Positions 53,879 to 63,603 are shown, numbered from the stretch's first letter. The stretch: 64,000 nt of DNA from Escherichia coli (GCF_030013595.1 NZ_CP122768.1); one strand, 5' to 3'. Notes: a model not told the origin generated them from the sequence alone. Numbers and translations: made by a program.

Positions 53879-54103
53879 ATGTTAAGACATATTGACCGCA
53901 TTACCTGGCGTAACGGCTGGCACCTGAATGGACGCCCGGCACATGTTGCAGAGATCCAACCTATTTTTGATGGGCGTATGGCTGCCGCGCTTTCGGTGTG
54001 GGAGCAGTATGAATCCAGGAAGGTCGAGTTGCGCGACAAAGGGCTGAGCAATGCGGACTATGAAGCCGGTTGTCGTCAGATAGCCGAAGCTCTGGAGATC
54101 TGA
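53879..54103 (+). CDS. hypothetical phage protein
   Basis: 74-aa ORF preceded by conserved leader ...accgaggaaagaccgATG. Confidence 0.45.
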   Translation: MLRHIDRITWRNGWHLNGRPAHVAEIQPIFDGRMAAALSVWEQYESRKVELRDKGLSNADYEAGCRQIAEALEI

Positions 54104-54105
54104 GT

Positions 54106-55182
54106 ATGAGTCGTTTGCTGATTAACGAAAACCCCCTTCAGGTCCTGCCCACGTTGGCATGCACTATAGGGTTGAATGAAGCCATCGTTCTACAGCAAAT
54201 CCACTACTGGCTGAATTCATCTCAAAATTTCTTCGAAAATCGCCACTGGGTGTACAACAGTGTGACCGATTGGCAAGAACAATTCCCGTTCTGGAGCGAG
54301 TCGACAATAAAACGCGTGCTGGCCAATCTGGAAAAATTGAATGTGGTATTTACTGGGAACTTTAACAGTGATGCCTGGGATAAAACCAAGTGGTATTCAA
54401 TCAATTATGCCCAGTTATGTAAGATTGAAGAGACAACATTCCCTGTGGCCAATCGATTAGGTCAAGTTGACCCAATCGAAGAGGTCAATGTGACCCAAGC
54501 ATCAGGTCAAGTTGACCCATGCGCTAAGGTCAAAATGACCCAATCTCTTACAGAGAATACAACAGAGAGTACTACAGAGAGTACTACAGAGATAAAAGAT
54601 CCCCCTTACCCCCAAAAGGGGGAGGGCGAGGAAATCATTCTCGCTGACGCTCAAAAAGCTCTGAACTACTACAACGAGAAAGTCGGTACACGCTGCCGCG
54701 ACGTTAAACCGTTTGTCATGCTGCTGACTGCCACCACCACCCGCGCTGGTTACAGCGTGGCTGAGATTCAGTTAGTAATTCGTTGGGTTATTGCGACATG
54801 GCGCCGTCGTAGCGGAAGCGTGCCGAAACCTGCGAACATTTGCCGCGTAAACCGGTTTGACGGATATCTGGCTGACGCTGAGGCGTGGGCCACTGCTGAG
54901 GCTGCCGTTGACCCTGCTGAAGTTGTGAAGGGCTACAACGAGATTCTGGGCGACCTGCTACCTATAGCTGAAATTGATACTGACCGCCGTCGGGCAATCC
55001 TGCGCCTGCTGGCACATATGCGCACGCAAACTCTTGGCGCATTTATCGGCTACTTCGAAAAATTCCGCGATAACGCCCCAGACTTCTATTTCGGCGGCGA
55101 ATATCGCACCGGCTGGCGGGCAGGGTTTGATTACCTGATGAAGCCAGAAACACTGCGTAAAACCAGGGAAGGGGCATTATGA
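54106..55182 (+). CDS. phage replisome organizer (O-like initiator)
   Basis: ORF 54070..55182; ATG 54106 after GGAG; iterons inside the coding sequence. Confidence 0.7.
   Translation: MSRLLINENPLQVLPTLACTIGLNEAIVLQQIHYWLNSSQNFFENRHWVYNSVTDWQEQFPFWSESTIKRVLANLEKLNVVFTGNFNSDAWDKTKWYSINYAQLCKIEETTFPVANRLGQVDPIEEVNVTQASGQVDPCAKVKMTQSLTENTTESTTESTTEIKDPPYPQKGEGEEIILADAQKALNYYNEKVGTRCRDVKPFVMLLTATTTRAGYSVAEIQLVIRWVIATWRRRSGSVPKPANICRVNRFDGYLADAEAWATAEAAVDPAEVVKGYNEILGDLLPIAEIDTDRRRAILRLLAHMRTQTLGAFIGYFEKFRDNAPDFYFGGEYRTGWRAGFDYLMKPETLRKTREGAL
54459..54542 (+). repeat. four iterons AGGTCAAnnTGACCCA at 22-23 bp spacing (candidate ori)
   Basis: Copies at 54459, 54482, 54504 and 54527; followed by tandem acagagagtact repeats. 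Confidence 0.7.
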
Positions 55183-56570
55183 ATCCAGAAGAACTGGAAG
55201 CGATCGTTCTCGCTGGTCTGATTAACGGTGGCGCGACGCCTGACGCGTTTGATGTGATTGCCACTACTCCGGAGGAAGCCTTCAGCATCGTGTTTCACCG
55301 TCGCGCTTTCAGCGAAATCAAAAAGCAGGCACTGGCGAACGGCATGATCGACATGTTGTTTATCAGCGAAGCGCTGGGCGGTTCCAGCCTTGCGGATCTG
55401 TCTCAAATATCCCGGATCCCGGCAACGGTACCGAATCTGAAAGGCTATGCCGGGAAAATGGTGCGGGCATGGCGGAGCCGCAAAATGGCGGCATTGTTGC
55501 AATCTGGCGCGGATGGTATCCGTAACGCTGTAAACCAGAGTCAGCGTGATGAGGTTATTGAATCTCATGTTGCTCAGGTGCTGGATATGAGCGCCGCTAC
55601 CGGCACAGTCCAGCCGGTACACATCAAAGAGCTGTTACCGCTCTACATTGACACCGTTGATAAACGGATGTCTGGCGACGCGCAGGAAATGATGCTGAAA
55701 ACCGGAGTCGAGGATCTGGATGTCGCCCTGGGCGGTATCAACATGACCGACCTTGTTGTGGTTGCCGGTCGTCCAGGCATGGGGAAAACGGAATTTACCC
55801 TGAAGATTATCGATGGCGTTACCGCAGATGGCGGCGGCGCACTGTTTTTCAGCATGGAAATGGGCGCTCAGCAGATTGTTGAACGTACCGTTGCCGGGGC
55901 TGGGAATATGTCCACGTCGCGTCTGCGTAATCCAAAAGAAATGGACGATGAGGATTTGACCAGATTAACCGCCGCGCTTGCAATCATGCAGGATCGCGAT
56001 ATCTGGATTGTTGATGCCACTGATTTGACGATTGAGCAGATCCGCGCCATTGCAGAGACTCATAAACGCCGTTATCCGCACCTGAAGTTGATTGGTGTTG
56101 ATTACATGGGCCTGATCAAAAAACCGAAGGCCGAGCGCCACGATCTCGCTGTCGGGCATATCTCCCGCAACATGAAGACTATGGCCATGCGTCTGCATAC
56201 CCCTGTTTTTGCTCTTAGCCAGCTTTCCCGCCAGGTGGATTCTCGACCTGCTGGCCAGCGTCGCCCGGTGATGTCGGACCTGCGCGATTCCGGCAGTGTT
56301 GAGCAGGACGCTGACAGCATTTTGTTTTTGTACCGCGATGAAGTTTACACACCTGATTCACCTGCAAAGGGTATCGCCGAGGTGATTATCGGTAAAAACC
56401 GTTCTGGCGGGGCAGGTGAAATTATTTATCAGGAATTCCGGAATGGGCATTTCCTGCCAATTGATCAACACGTAGCACGCGAAAAATTACGCATCCAGAA
56501 GGAGGCAGAGCAACCGAGAAAACGTGAAAAACGGTATTCAAACAAAAACTTTAATACGGACCCATTTTAA
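55179..56570 (+). CDS. DnaB-family replicative helicase
   Basis: 463-aa ORF; Walker A GRPGMGKTEF. Confidence 0.85.
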   Translation: MNPEELEAIVLAGLINGGATPDAFDVIATTPEEAFSIVFHRRAFSEIKKQALANGMIDMLFISEALGGSSLADLSQISRIPATVPNLKGYAGKMVRAWRSRKMAALLQSGADGIRNAVNQSQRDEVIESHVAQVLDMSAATGTVQPVHIKELLPLYIDTVDKRMSGDAQEMMLKTGVEDLDVALGGINMTDLVVVAGRPGMGKTEFTLKIIDGVTADGGGALFFSMEMGAQQIVERTVAGAGNMSTSRLRNPKEMDDEDLTRLTAALAIMQDRDIWIVDATDLTIEQIRAIAETHKRRYPHLKLIGVDYMGLIKKPKAERHDLAVGHISRNMKTMAMRLHTPVFALSQLSRQVDSRPAGQRRPVMSDLRDSGSVEQDADSILFLYRDEVYTPDSPAKGIAEVIIGKNRSGGAGEIIYQEFRNGHFLPIDQHVAREKLRIQKEAEQPRKREKRYSNKNFNTDPF

Positions 56571-56608
56571 CCACGCATGACCAGCGTGAAATAACCGAGG
56601 AAAGACCA

Positions 56609-57019
56609 ATGACCACCATTTCAGGCAAATTAGAGTACCCGTCGGACAAAGGACACATAGACGACGGTAAAAACTATCTCGACGTCATTTTGTGGAATAT
56701 GAACGCCGGGCCACGTGCGCGCACTCGTGCGGTTTTTGTACCAAGACCCAAAGCAGGCAATTTTTCAACACCAGCTCAGCCTGCCCGTCAGGCATCCGTA
56801 GCCGCAGCGCCAGCAGTGAAATGTAAGGGTAAAACGCACATCGGGATCGCGATTCGCAGAAATGGTGAGCGGCAAGTGAAACTCCACGAAACAGCGACAA
56901 CCTGGTGTGCTTCACCGCATGAAACTTACGACAAGATAACCGGGCAGCGCATTGGTGCGCCTGGTCGCTGTCGCCTGCTGTTGAGCTCCATCACTCCGAT
57001 AGAAAAGAAAGGGGCGTGA
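56609..57019 (+). CDS. hypothetical phage protein
   Basis: 136-aa ORF preceded by conserved leader ...accgaggaaagaccaATG. Confidence 0.45.
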   Translation: MTTISGKLEYPSDKGHIDDGKNYLDVILWNMNAGPRARTRAVFVPRPKAGNFSTPAQPARQASVAAAPAVKCKGKTHIGIAIRRNGERQVKLHETATTWCASPHETYDKITGQRIGAPGRCRLLLSSITPIEKKGA

Positions 57020-57020
57020 T

Positions 57021-57257
57021 ATGACCGGGCAATCAGATTACCTGCCGCCCGGCTTACCACACAACCGCGCCAAATGGCCCCAGGAATACCAGCTTAAAGA
57101 GCACTACGACATGCGAGCGGCGGCGCTGATCCGCCAACTCTTTGAGAAACGTATTCCGAGGGGAAGCGTGATTGAGCAAATCGGAATGACGCCGGATACA
57201 TACCGGGAATTTTTCAGAGAGCGTCTGAACTACTGGAGAGGGGTGATGGAACAATGA
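57021..57257 (+). CDS. hypothetical phage protein
   Basis: 78-aa ORF tightly packed in operon. Confidence 0.4.
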   Translation: MTGQSDYLPPGLPHNRAKWPQEYQLKEHYDMRAAALIRQLFEKRIPRGSVIEQIGMTPDTYREFFRERLNYWRGVMEQ

Positions 57258-57565
57258 AATACAAACGGTGGGTGCGTGCGGAAGTCGTAATCATCAAACA
57301 ATGTGCAGGCAGCATGACAGTTGAACGTATAGGGCAGCTTATTGGCAGAACCGGTGCAGCGGTACGCACAAAAGCGCGCGAGCTGAAAATCTGTATGTAT
57401 CTGCGGGGTAATTATCATCAGTCAGCGAAATACTGCCAGGAGGATATCGAGCTGGCAAGGGAATTACATCAGTCGGGTATTAATCGCCAGGATATCGCGG
57501 AAAAACTCGAAATGCCGATCGGAGCGGTGAATCAGTTTGTTTATTTTGAGCGGAGGATTTCATGA
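57254..57565 (+). CDS. hypothetical phage protein, possible HTH
   Basis: 103-aa ORF overlapping neighbours by 4 nt. Confidence 0.4.
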   Translation: MKYKRWVRAEVVIIKQCAGSMTVERIGQLIGRTGAAVRTKARELKICMYLRGNYHQSAKYCQEDIELARELHQSGINRQDIAEKLEMPIGAVNQFVYFERRIS

Positions 57566-57786
57566 AAGAACTTTTTCTGGCATTTGTGCCCCGGTTTATT
57601 AATGACCAGATCGCACTGACTAATAATGGTGAACAATATGAAATTGCCTGCAGCATGGTGGATGTGAATCCTGGCGAACGGTATGACGCGATGTGTGACC
57701 TGAAAATATTTACCTGGCTGGGTTGGGCTATTCCGTGTGGAGAACCAACCAATATTCGCCCATTTGAGAGCAGGGAGGCTGTATGA
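57562..57786 (+). CDS. hypothetical phage protein
   Basis: 74-aa ORF. Confidence 0.35.
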   Translation: MKELFLAFVPRFINDQIALTNNGEQYEIACSMVDVNPGERYDAMCDLKIFTWLGWAIPCGEPTNIRPFESREAV

Positions 57787-57949
57787 GTGAATTGAAAATA
57801 CGAATGAACCCAAGTCGCAAGGCGATCAAATTTGCGCAGTGTGTCTTGCAGATGGCTGAAGGTGAATGTTATATAAAAGAGTGTCATGGATAACAAGGCA
57901 CTCACTATCAATGATTATCTGTTAAAAAAGCAATCGACAAGGAGTTGAA

Positions 57950-58207
57950 ATGCAGACTCAATTAAAGGTTAAAGGCGGTTATAGTCATTTTTTCTTCGCC
58001 AATATTGAAGTCTCACAAAGAGAGTCAAATGGCGGTTTGGTTGTCGTTAGGGATGTTAATATACCTATTACAACAACAACTCTCTCTCTGTTAGAGAATT
58101 ACGCTGTAGGGCAGGTGTTGACGTTAGAACAAAAGAATGGCGATTTTTTTGATGTGTATTACGTTGGAACTGATGGGAATAACTTTCAGTTTTCAACGCA
58201 CTGCTAA
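57950..58207 (+). CDS. hypothetical phage protein; its 3' end lies in left copy of a ~200-bp direct repeat
   Basis: 85-aa ORF with GGAG RBS. Confidence 0.45.
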   Translation: MQTQLKVKGGYSHFFFANIEVSQRESNGGLVVVRDVNIPITTTTLSLLENYAVGQVLTLEQKNGDFFDVYYVGTDGNNFQFSTHC

Positions 58208-58310
58208 TTTATCAAGGCCCTGTGAGCAGGGCCTTCGAAAGCCTACTAAAGTCTGTTTCATAGAGAGAGTTATTTGCGATTAAAAAGGTATTTGGTCACG
58301 ACCAGCACGA
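58114..58310. repeat. left copy of diverged ~200-bp direct repeat
   Basis: Aligns to 63183..63374 at roughly 85% identity with short indels. Confidence 0.7.
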
Positions 58311-58419
58311 TAGAGAATACATCTTTCAAAGTACCGCCCATATAAAACAGTTACATATGCACTTGATGACTAAGCTGGCACCAGGTTAACACCATGCGCC
58401 AGCTTGAAGGAGACTTCAG

Positions 58420-58593
58420 TTATTGGTTTCTGAGGAAAGCGATTCTTGAAAGGGTCATTTGCGTCTGGCAGTCGACCATTTTCTTGACTTCAGCATCTGT
58501 TCCTTTCTTGACTTCAGCATCTGTTCCCTGCATTGAAACTTTACCGCACATAGCATCCTTAGTTTTGATCCACTGGCGCTGAGAAGGCAGCAA
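58420..58593 (-). pseudogene. 3' fragment of lipoprotein gene split by IS629
   Basis: Joining across the IS with one copy of the ACT target duplication restores one frame to TAA at 58420..58422. Confidence 0.65.
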
Positions 58594-58649
58594 CTTGAAC
58601 CGCCCCGGAAATCCTGGAGACTAAACTCCCTGAGAAAGAGGTAAACAGG

Positions 58650-58976
58650 ATGACTAAAAATACTCGTTTTTCCCCCGAAGTCCGTCAGCGGGCGATTCGT
58701 ATGGTTCTGGAAAGTCAGGATGAATATGACTCACAGTGGGCGGCAATTTGTTCCATTGCCCCAAAGATTGGCTGTACGCCGGAGACTCTGCGTGTCTGGG
58801 TTCGCCAGCATGAGCGGGATACCGGGGGCGGTGATGGTGGGCTCACCAGCGCTGAACGTCAGCGTCTGAAAGAGCTGGAACGTGAAAATCGTGAACTGCG
58901 CCGCAGTAACGATATCCTTCGCCAGGCTTCCGCTTATTTTGCGAAGGCGGAGTTCGACCGCCTCTGGAAAAAATGA
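58650..58976 (+). CDS. IS3-family transposase OrfA
   Basis: 108-aa [25 protein letters not shown] recognised as IS629/IS1203 OrfA. Confidence 0.9.
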   Translation: MTKNTRFSPEVRQRAIRMVLESQDEYDSQWAAICSIAPKIGCTPETLRVWVRQHERDTGGGDGGLTSAERQRLKELERENRELRRSNDILRQASAYFAKAEFDRLWKK

Positions 58977-59863
58977 TGCCACTGCTGGATAAGCTGCGTG
59001 AGCAGTACGGGGTCGGACCGGTATGTAGCGAACTGCATATTGCCCCGTCAACGTATTACCATTGTCAGCAACAGCGACATCATCCGGATAAACGCAGTGC
59101 CCGTGCGCAGCACGATGACTGGCTGAAGAAAGAGATACAGCGCGTATACGATGAAAATCACCAGGTATACGGTGTGCGTAAAGTCTGGCGTCAGTTGTTA
59201 CGGGAAGGTATCAGAGTGGCCAGATGCACTGTGGCACGTCTCATGGCAGTTATGGGACTTGCCGGTGTTCTCCGGGGTAAAAAGGTCCGCACTACCGTCA
59301 GCCGGAAAGCCGTTGCCGCAGGCGACCGCGTAAACCGTCAGTTCGTGGCAGAACGACCTGACCAGCTGTGGGTGGCTGATTTTACTTACGTCAGCACATG
59401 GCAGGGCTTCGTCTATGTGGCGTTTATCATTGATGTGTTTGCCGGATACATCGTGGGGTGGCGGGTCTCATCGTCTATGGAAACGACATTCGTGCTGGAT
59501 GCGCTGGAGCAGGCGTTGTGGGCCCGTCGTCCGTCTGGCACCATCCATCACAGCGATAAAGGCTCTCAGTATGTGTCACTGGCCTATACGGAGCGACTAA
59601 AAGAAGCCGGATTACTGGCATCAACAGGGAGTACAGGCGACTCGTATGACAACGCGATGGCTGAGAGCATCAATGGTCTTTACAAAGCGGAGGTAATACA
59701 CCGTAAGAGCTGGAAAAAACGTGCAGAAGTGGAACTGGCCACACTAACGTGGGTGGACTGGTATAACAATCGACGATTGCTGGGAAGGCTGGGCCATACT
59801 CCTCCGGCAGAAGCAGAAAAAGCTTATTATGCTTCCATCGGAAACGATGATCTGGCAGCCTGA
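58973..59863 (+). CDS. IS3-family transposase OrfB (DDE integrase-like)
   Basis: 296-aa ORF overlapping orfA in -1 frame. Confidence 0.9.
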   Translation: MMPLLDKLREQYGVGPVCSELHIAPSTYYHCQQQRHHPDKRSARAQHDDWLKKEIQRVYDENHQVYGVRKVWRQLLREGIRVARCTVARLMAVMGLAGVLRGKKVRTTVSRKAVAAGDRVNRQFVAERPDQLWVADFTYVSTWQGFVYVAFIIDVFAGYIVGWRVSSSMETTFVLDALEQALWARRPSGTIHHSDKGSQYVSLAYTERLKEAGLLASTGSTGDSYDNAMAESINGLYKAEVIHRKSWKKRAEVELATLTWVDWYNNRRLLGRLGHTPPAEAEKAYYASIGNDDLAA

Positions 59864-59905
59864 GTTCACAGATAAAACACTCTCCAGGAAACCCGGGGCG
59901 GTTCA

Positions 59906-60680
59906 ACTCTTTTTTCTTCGCCGGGGTTAACTTGCTCCAGACGGTATTCAAATCAGAGTCAGCATTTGCAAATGCCATTCGGGACTGATCAAGGCTTTCA
60001 GATTTTTGCGGCTGAAGTTGTGCCTGCCTCTCTTTTTGCTTCTCCGCCTCATACCTGGCCTGTTCCTGTGCCCTGAGTTGCACCTGTTGTTCCGCTTCAA
60101 TTTGACTCTGTTGGGCATCCTTAGCCTGCTGGATTTTCTGCTGCTCAACGATCGGGTTGATAATGGAAAGCGATGTCAGTAAAGCGGCGCCCACTGATAT
60201 CGGATTATCAGAAGAGGTTTTTACAAAAACGTTTTTCTGATCGTCGGTCGCCTGCACGGTGTAGGTGATACGCCTTGAAAAGGCGTTTGCGTTGTTCTCC
60301 AAAAACAGATTTTCCATTTGCTTATCGAGATTACGATTAAAATTCTTTCTGTAAGCATCTGAAAGCTGGACGTACTCGTTCGCAGGTAGAGTCATCGTCA
60401 CGGTCCCTTCACAAGTTTTCATTGTGCTGCCCGTGTCACTTGATGTTGTGGAGATTTCAGAGACGGCTAGTTTGATCTTGTCCAGTGTGCTTCGTTTGGT
60501 CTGATTAGTGACATCAGGGTATTTATCGACCTGTTCAGAGAGTCCTTCATAAGCAGATTTTTTTAATAAATCCATGAGAGCTGATTGGGTCATTTCCGAA
60601 GAACAACCGATCTCATCTTTTTTGTTATCACAGCCTGTAAGGGCAATGGCGAGTAAGAGTACTGAGTATTTTAATCTCAT
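59906..60680 (-). pseudogene. 5' fragment of lipoprotein gene split by IS629
   Basis: ORF 59670..60680 has lipobox LTGC; after codon 258 it reads into the IS629 right end. Confidence 0.7.
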
Positions 60681-61436
60681 GAATTCCCTTTAGAGTAAGG
60701 ATTGGTTTTTAAGACGCGGTCTGTAATCAGTTCCGAGAGCTACAGTAAACAACGCTGAGCACTGAACGCATCACAGGCAAGGTAAAAGGTGATATCGGCA
60801 AAGGCTGTGAAACCTTTAATTCAACAGATGGGAACGGTATGCACAGGATCCTGTAACGACGCTCCCAAAACTGGAAACCTGTAAGGCATGTTTTCGCTGC
60901 TGAACTTAATATACGAACCTGCACTATCATGAACATATTTTATATCGTTATACCCCGAGTGATTGTGCCCGGCAATGGATAGTGTCCTGGAGGAATTATT
61001 TCTAATGTAAAAGGAAGATATTTAATTTCGATGTGGGATTATTACCTGTCTATAAGAACAATGACTTTATCTGGCAGTAAGCAGACATCTATTAGCTTAC
61101 TGAAGGGGGGCTGTGATTTGACCATTAACGGCATGAGATATATTGTCTATTGGTGATTGTTCTGAGGCCGATATCACGTTAACGACCAAGTAAAATAACA
61201 TGAAAAATTATTTATTAATGATTGCCAGCATTAAATGTAGTGATACCTCATTAGCAGGGTGCTCCGCAATGACTGCGATGAACTAAAAAATCAGTCATAA
61301 CCATGAAAAAAACAAGTGTATCAGCGAAATTAAATCTGGTGAAAGCATTTAATTACTTGTTAATGACGCAATAAAAACATACTATGGAAATGTAACAGCT
61401 AATCTACAGTTCTTGTCAATAGGGGCGCACAAGAAA

Positions 61437-62027
61437 ATGTTAAATGAATTTAAGGAAAAGCTACTATCCGACGATATCCGCGATGTCTACCAACGATACC
61501 TTTTAGGACATGACATCTGGTATTTTCGGGAACAAAAAAAATCAATAACCTTTGCTAAAGATTATGATGAGTTTAAGCTATATATGTCTAAGAAGCTTGA
61601 AATTCATGTAAATAATATTGCAATTGTTGGAAGTGCTAAGATGGGATTCAGCTTGAGCCCTGATAAAAATTATCGAACATTTAACGATGAGTCAGATATA
61701 GACTTGGTTTTAGTATCCGACAGAATTTATAAATCTTCCTGGATGGCATTTATTGAATTACAATCAAAGAATTATTTGCCTGTATATGCTCCTGTAGCTA
61801 AAAATATTTTCAAAGGATTCGTGTCATTGAAGGAGTTAGATATTAGAGTCGATTTTTTTAATAAATGGTCCCGTAACGTTGAACCATTAAAAAAAGACAT
61901 TCAAACTATTTTTGGAATACCTAACGACATCAACTACAGAATTTATGACTCTTGGGAGTCCGTTGAACGCTATCACATAGCTGGGTTGAATAGTCTAAAA
62001 GATAAGTTACAAGGACAATTGATATGA
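61437..62027 (+). CDS. small Pol-beta-superfamily nucleotidyltransferase-like protein
   Basis: ORF 61413..62027 opens on TTG, first ATG 61437; IVGSAKMGFS...ESDIDLVLV fits the GS...DxD pattern; low GC; stop overlaps next start (ATGA). Confidence 0.65.
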   Translation: MLNEFKEKLLSDDIRDVYQRYLLGHDIWYFREQKKSITFAKDYDEFKLYMSKKLEIHVNNIAIVGSAKMGFSLSPDKNYRTFNDESDIDLVLVSDRIYKSSWMAFIELQSKNYLPVYAPVAKNIFKGFVSLKELDIRVDFFNKWSRNVEPLKKDIQTIFGIPNDINYRIYDSWESVERYHIAGLNSLKDKLQGQLI

Positions 62028-63082
62028 GAGCTATTGATCTAATTAAAGTTGAATCGAAAGACATTAAATGGTTGACGGATAATTTGAAATCAGGTGTTAT
62101 TACAGTTGATAATTCATATCAGAGAAAATATATCTGGCAGCAAAAAGACCAAGTGGCCTTAATTGAGACAATATTAATTGGCTACCCAATCCCTGAGATT
62201 TACCTTTGGGCAAATAATACTGATCCTGACACTGGAGATACTAAATATTCAATTGTAGATGGACAGCAAAGGCTAACCACAATCCAGCGATATTTAAATG
62301 ATGAGTTTAAGTTAAGCAAAGCAGCTATAGATGATAAAGAAGCCGACTATAGTGGGAAAATTTTTTCAGAATTGTCGGCAGATAACAAACGTGATTTTTG
62401 GCGATACCAATTCTCATCCAGATTTATTAATGAATCATTGAGATATGATGAGATTGCAAAGTTATTTTTACGTCTAAATAGAACAAATACTACGTTAAAT
62501 CCTCAAGAACTTCGTAATGCTGAATTTAATGGCGAGTTTTTAAGATTAGCCGAAGAAATTGCACAAAATGAATTTTGGGATAATTATAAGATATTTACTC
62601 AGTCAGATATCCGTCGGATGCAAGACATTCAATTCATCAGCACATTATTGATTTTCTTACGAATGGGTATTGAGCAGGATAATACACAAAAATCAATTAA
62701 TCGAGTGTATGATCAATACAATGAGAATTACCCTGAGGCGACTGAGGACAGAATTATCTTTAACGAAGTGTTAAGGATCATATCTCAAATTATCAACAAT
62801 AAACAAGTATTAGAATCAGTTGTAAAGAAAAAAGGCCATTTGTATTTTATATTTGTGCTGGCATACTATTATTTACAGCTTAGTAAATCTAAGCTTGTTG
62901 ATATGAATGTTATTAGTTCAAAGCTCGAGGATTTTTTTAATATTTATGAGTTAAATGAACAAGATAACCCCCATCCACTGGTTGAGGAATATAGATTCCT
63001 CAGCCAAGAGGGTTCAAAGAAGAGTCATAACAGACAGCGTAGATTTGATATTTTGAAAGAATTTTGCTCTTTACATGATTAA
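62024..63082 (+). CDS. DUF262 (ParB-like, GmrSD N-terminal type) protein; no recognisable nuclease domain
   Basis: 352-aa ORF with YQRKYIW and IVDGQQRLTT motifs; helical C-terminal half without HNH/DUF1524 motifs. Confidence 0.75.
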   Translation: MRAIDLIKVESKDIKWLTDNLKSGVITVDNSYQRKYIWQQKDQVALIETILIGYPIPEIYLWANNTDPDTGDTKYSIVDGQQRLTTIQRYLNDEFKLSKAAIDDKEADYSGKIFSELSADNKRDFWRYQFSSRFINESLRYDEIAKLFLRLNRTNTTLNPQELRNAEFNGEFLRLAEEIAQNEFWDNYKIFTQSDIRRMQDIQFISTLLIFLRMGIEQDNTQKSINRVYDQYNENYPEATEDRIIFNEVLRIISQIINNKQVLESVVKKKGHLYFIFVLAYYYLQLSKSKLVDMNVISSKLEDFFNIYELNEQDNPHPLVEEYRFLSQEGSKKSHNRQRRFDILKEFCSLHD

Positions 63083-63182
63083 ATGACGAAAGTGGGTTGT
63101 TTATAAGAATTGAATAAACAACCCATCATTTTAATGTACTCTGAATCCTCTCATTCTTAGTGAAATATTGTTTTTAGAACAC

Positions 63183-63374
63183 GTATTGACGTTAGAACAA
63201 AAAATAGATTTTTTTGTGATGTATTACGTTGGAGTTGATGGGATAATTATATGTTTTCAATACATTGTTAATTTATCAAGACCCTGCGACTAAGGTGTTC
63301 GAAAATCGACTAAAGTCTGTTTCATAGAGAGAGTTACTTGCGTTTAAAAAGGTATTTGGTCACGACCAACACGA
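63183..63374. repeat. right copy of diverged ~200-bp direct repeat (decayed copy of 3' end of 57950..58207 gene)
   Basis: Aligns to 58114..58310; reading frame broken by stops and indels. Confidence 0.7.
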
Positions 63375-63603
63375 GGCCGAATACCTCAGTTTAAGTACCG
63401 CTCATGTACAACAGTAACGTTTGCTGATAGTGTCGCATTATCTTGCAGAGGACGCAGGTTAAATAGAACAAGCATATGTACCTGGTTTTTGTAATATTGG
63501 GTATAACATATGCTTTATAGGAGCGCGCTCAATGACCAACCGAGAAAGAATCTCCTGACAGATACAGTTATTTTCACCCTCTCCATAACATAAGGGAGTT
63601 TTT

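Larger units (their letters stand above)
58596..59905 (+). mobile_element. IS629-like IS3-family insertion sequence, 1310 bp
   Basis: Terminal inverted repeats TGAACCGCCCCGG / CCGGGGCGGTTCA; orfA/orfB; flanked by ACT direct repeat. Confidence 0.9.

Noticed and set aside
58481-58528. Possible CRISPR-like repeat
   Set aside because: Only two contiguous copies with no spacers and no cas genes; it is an in-frame tandem duplication within a gene fragment
59670-59905. C-terminal 78 codons of the 336-aa lipoprotein ORF
   Set aside because: This part is antisense IS629 sequence; the ORF merely reads through the insertion until a chance stop
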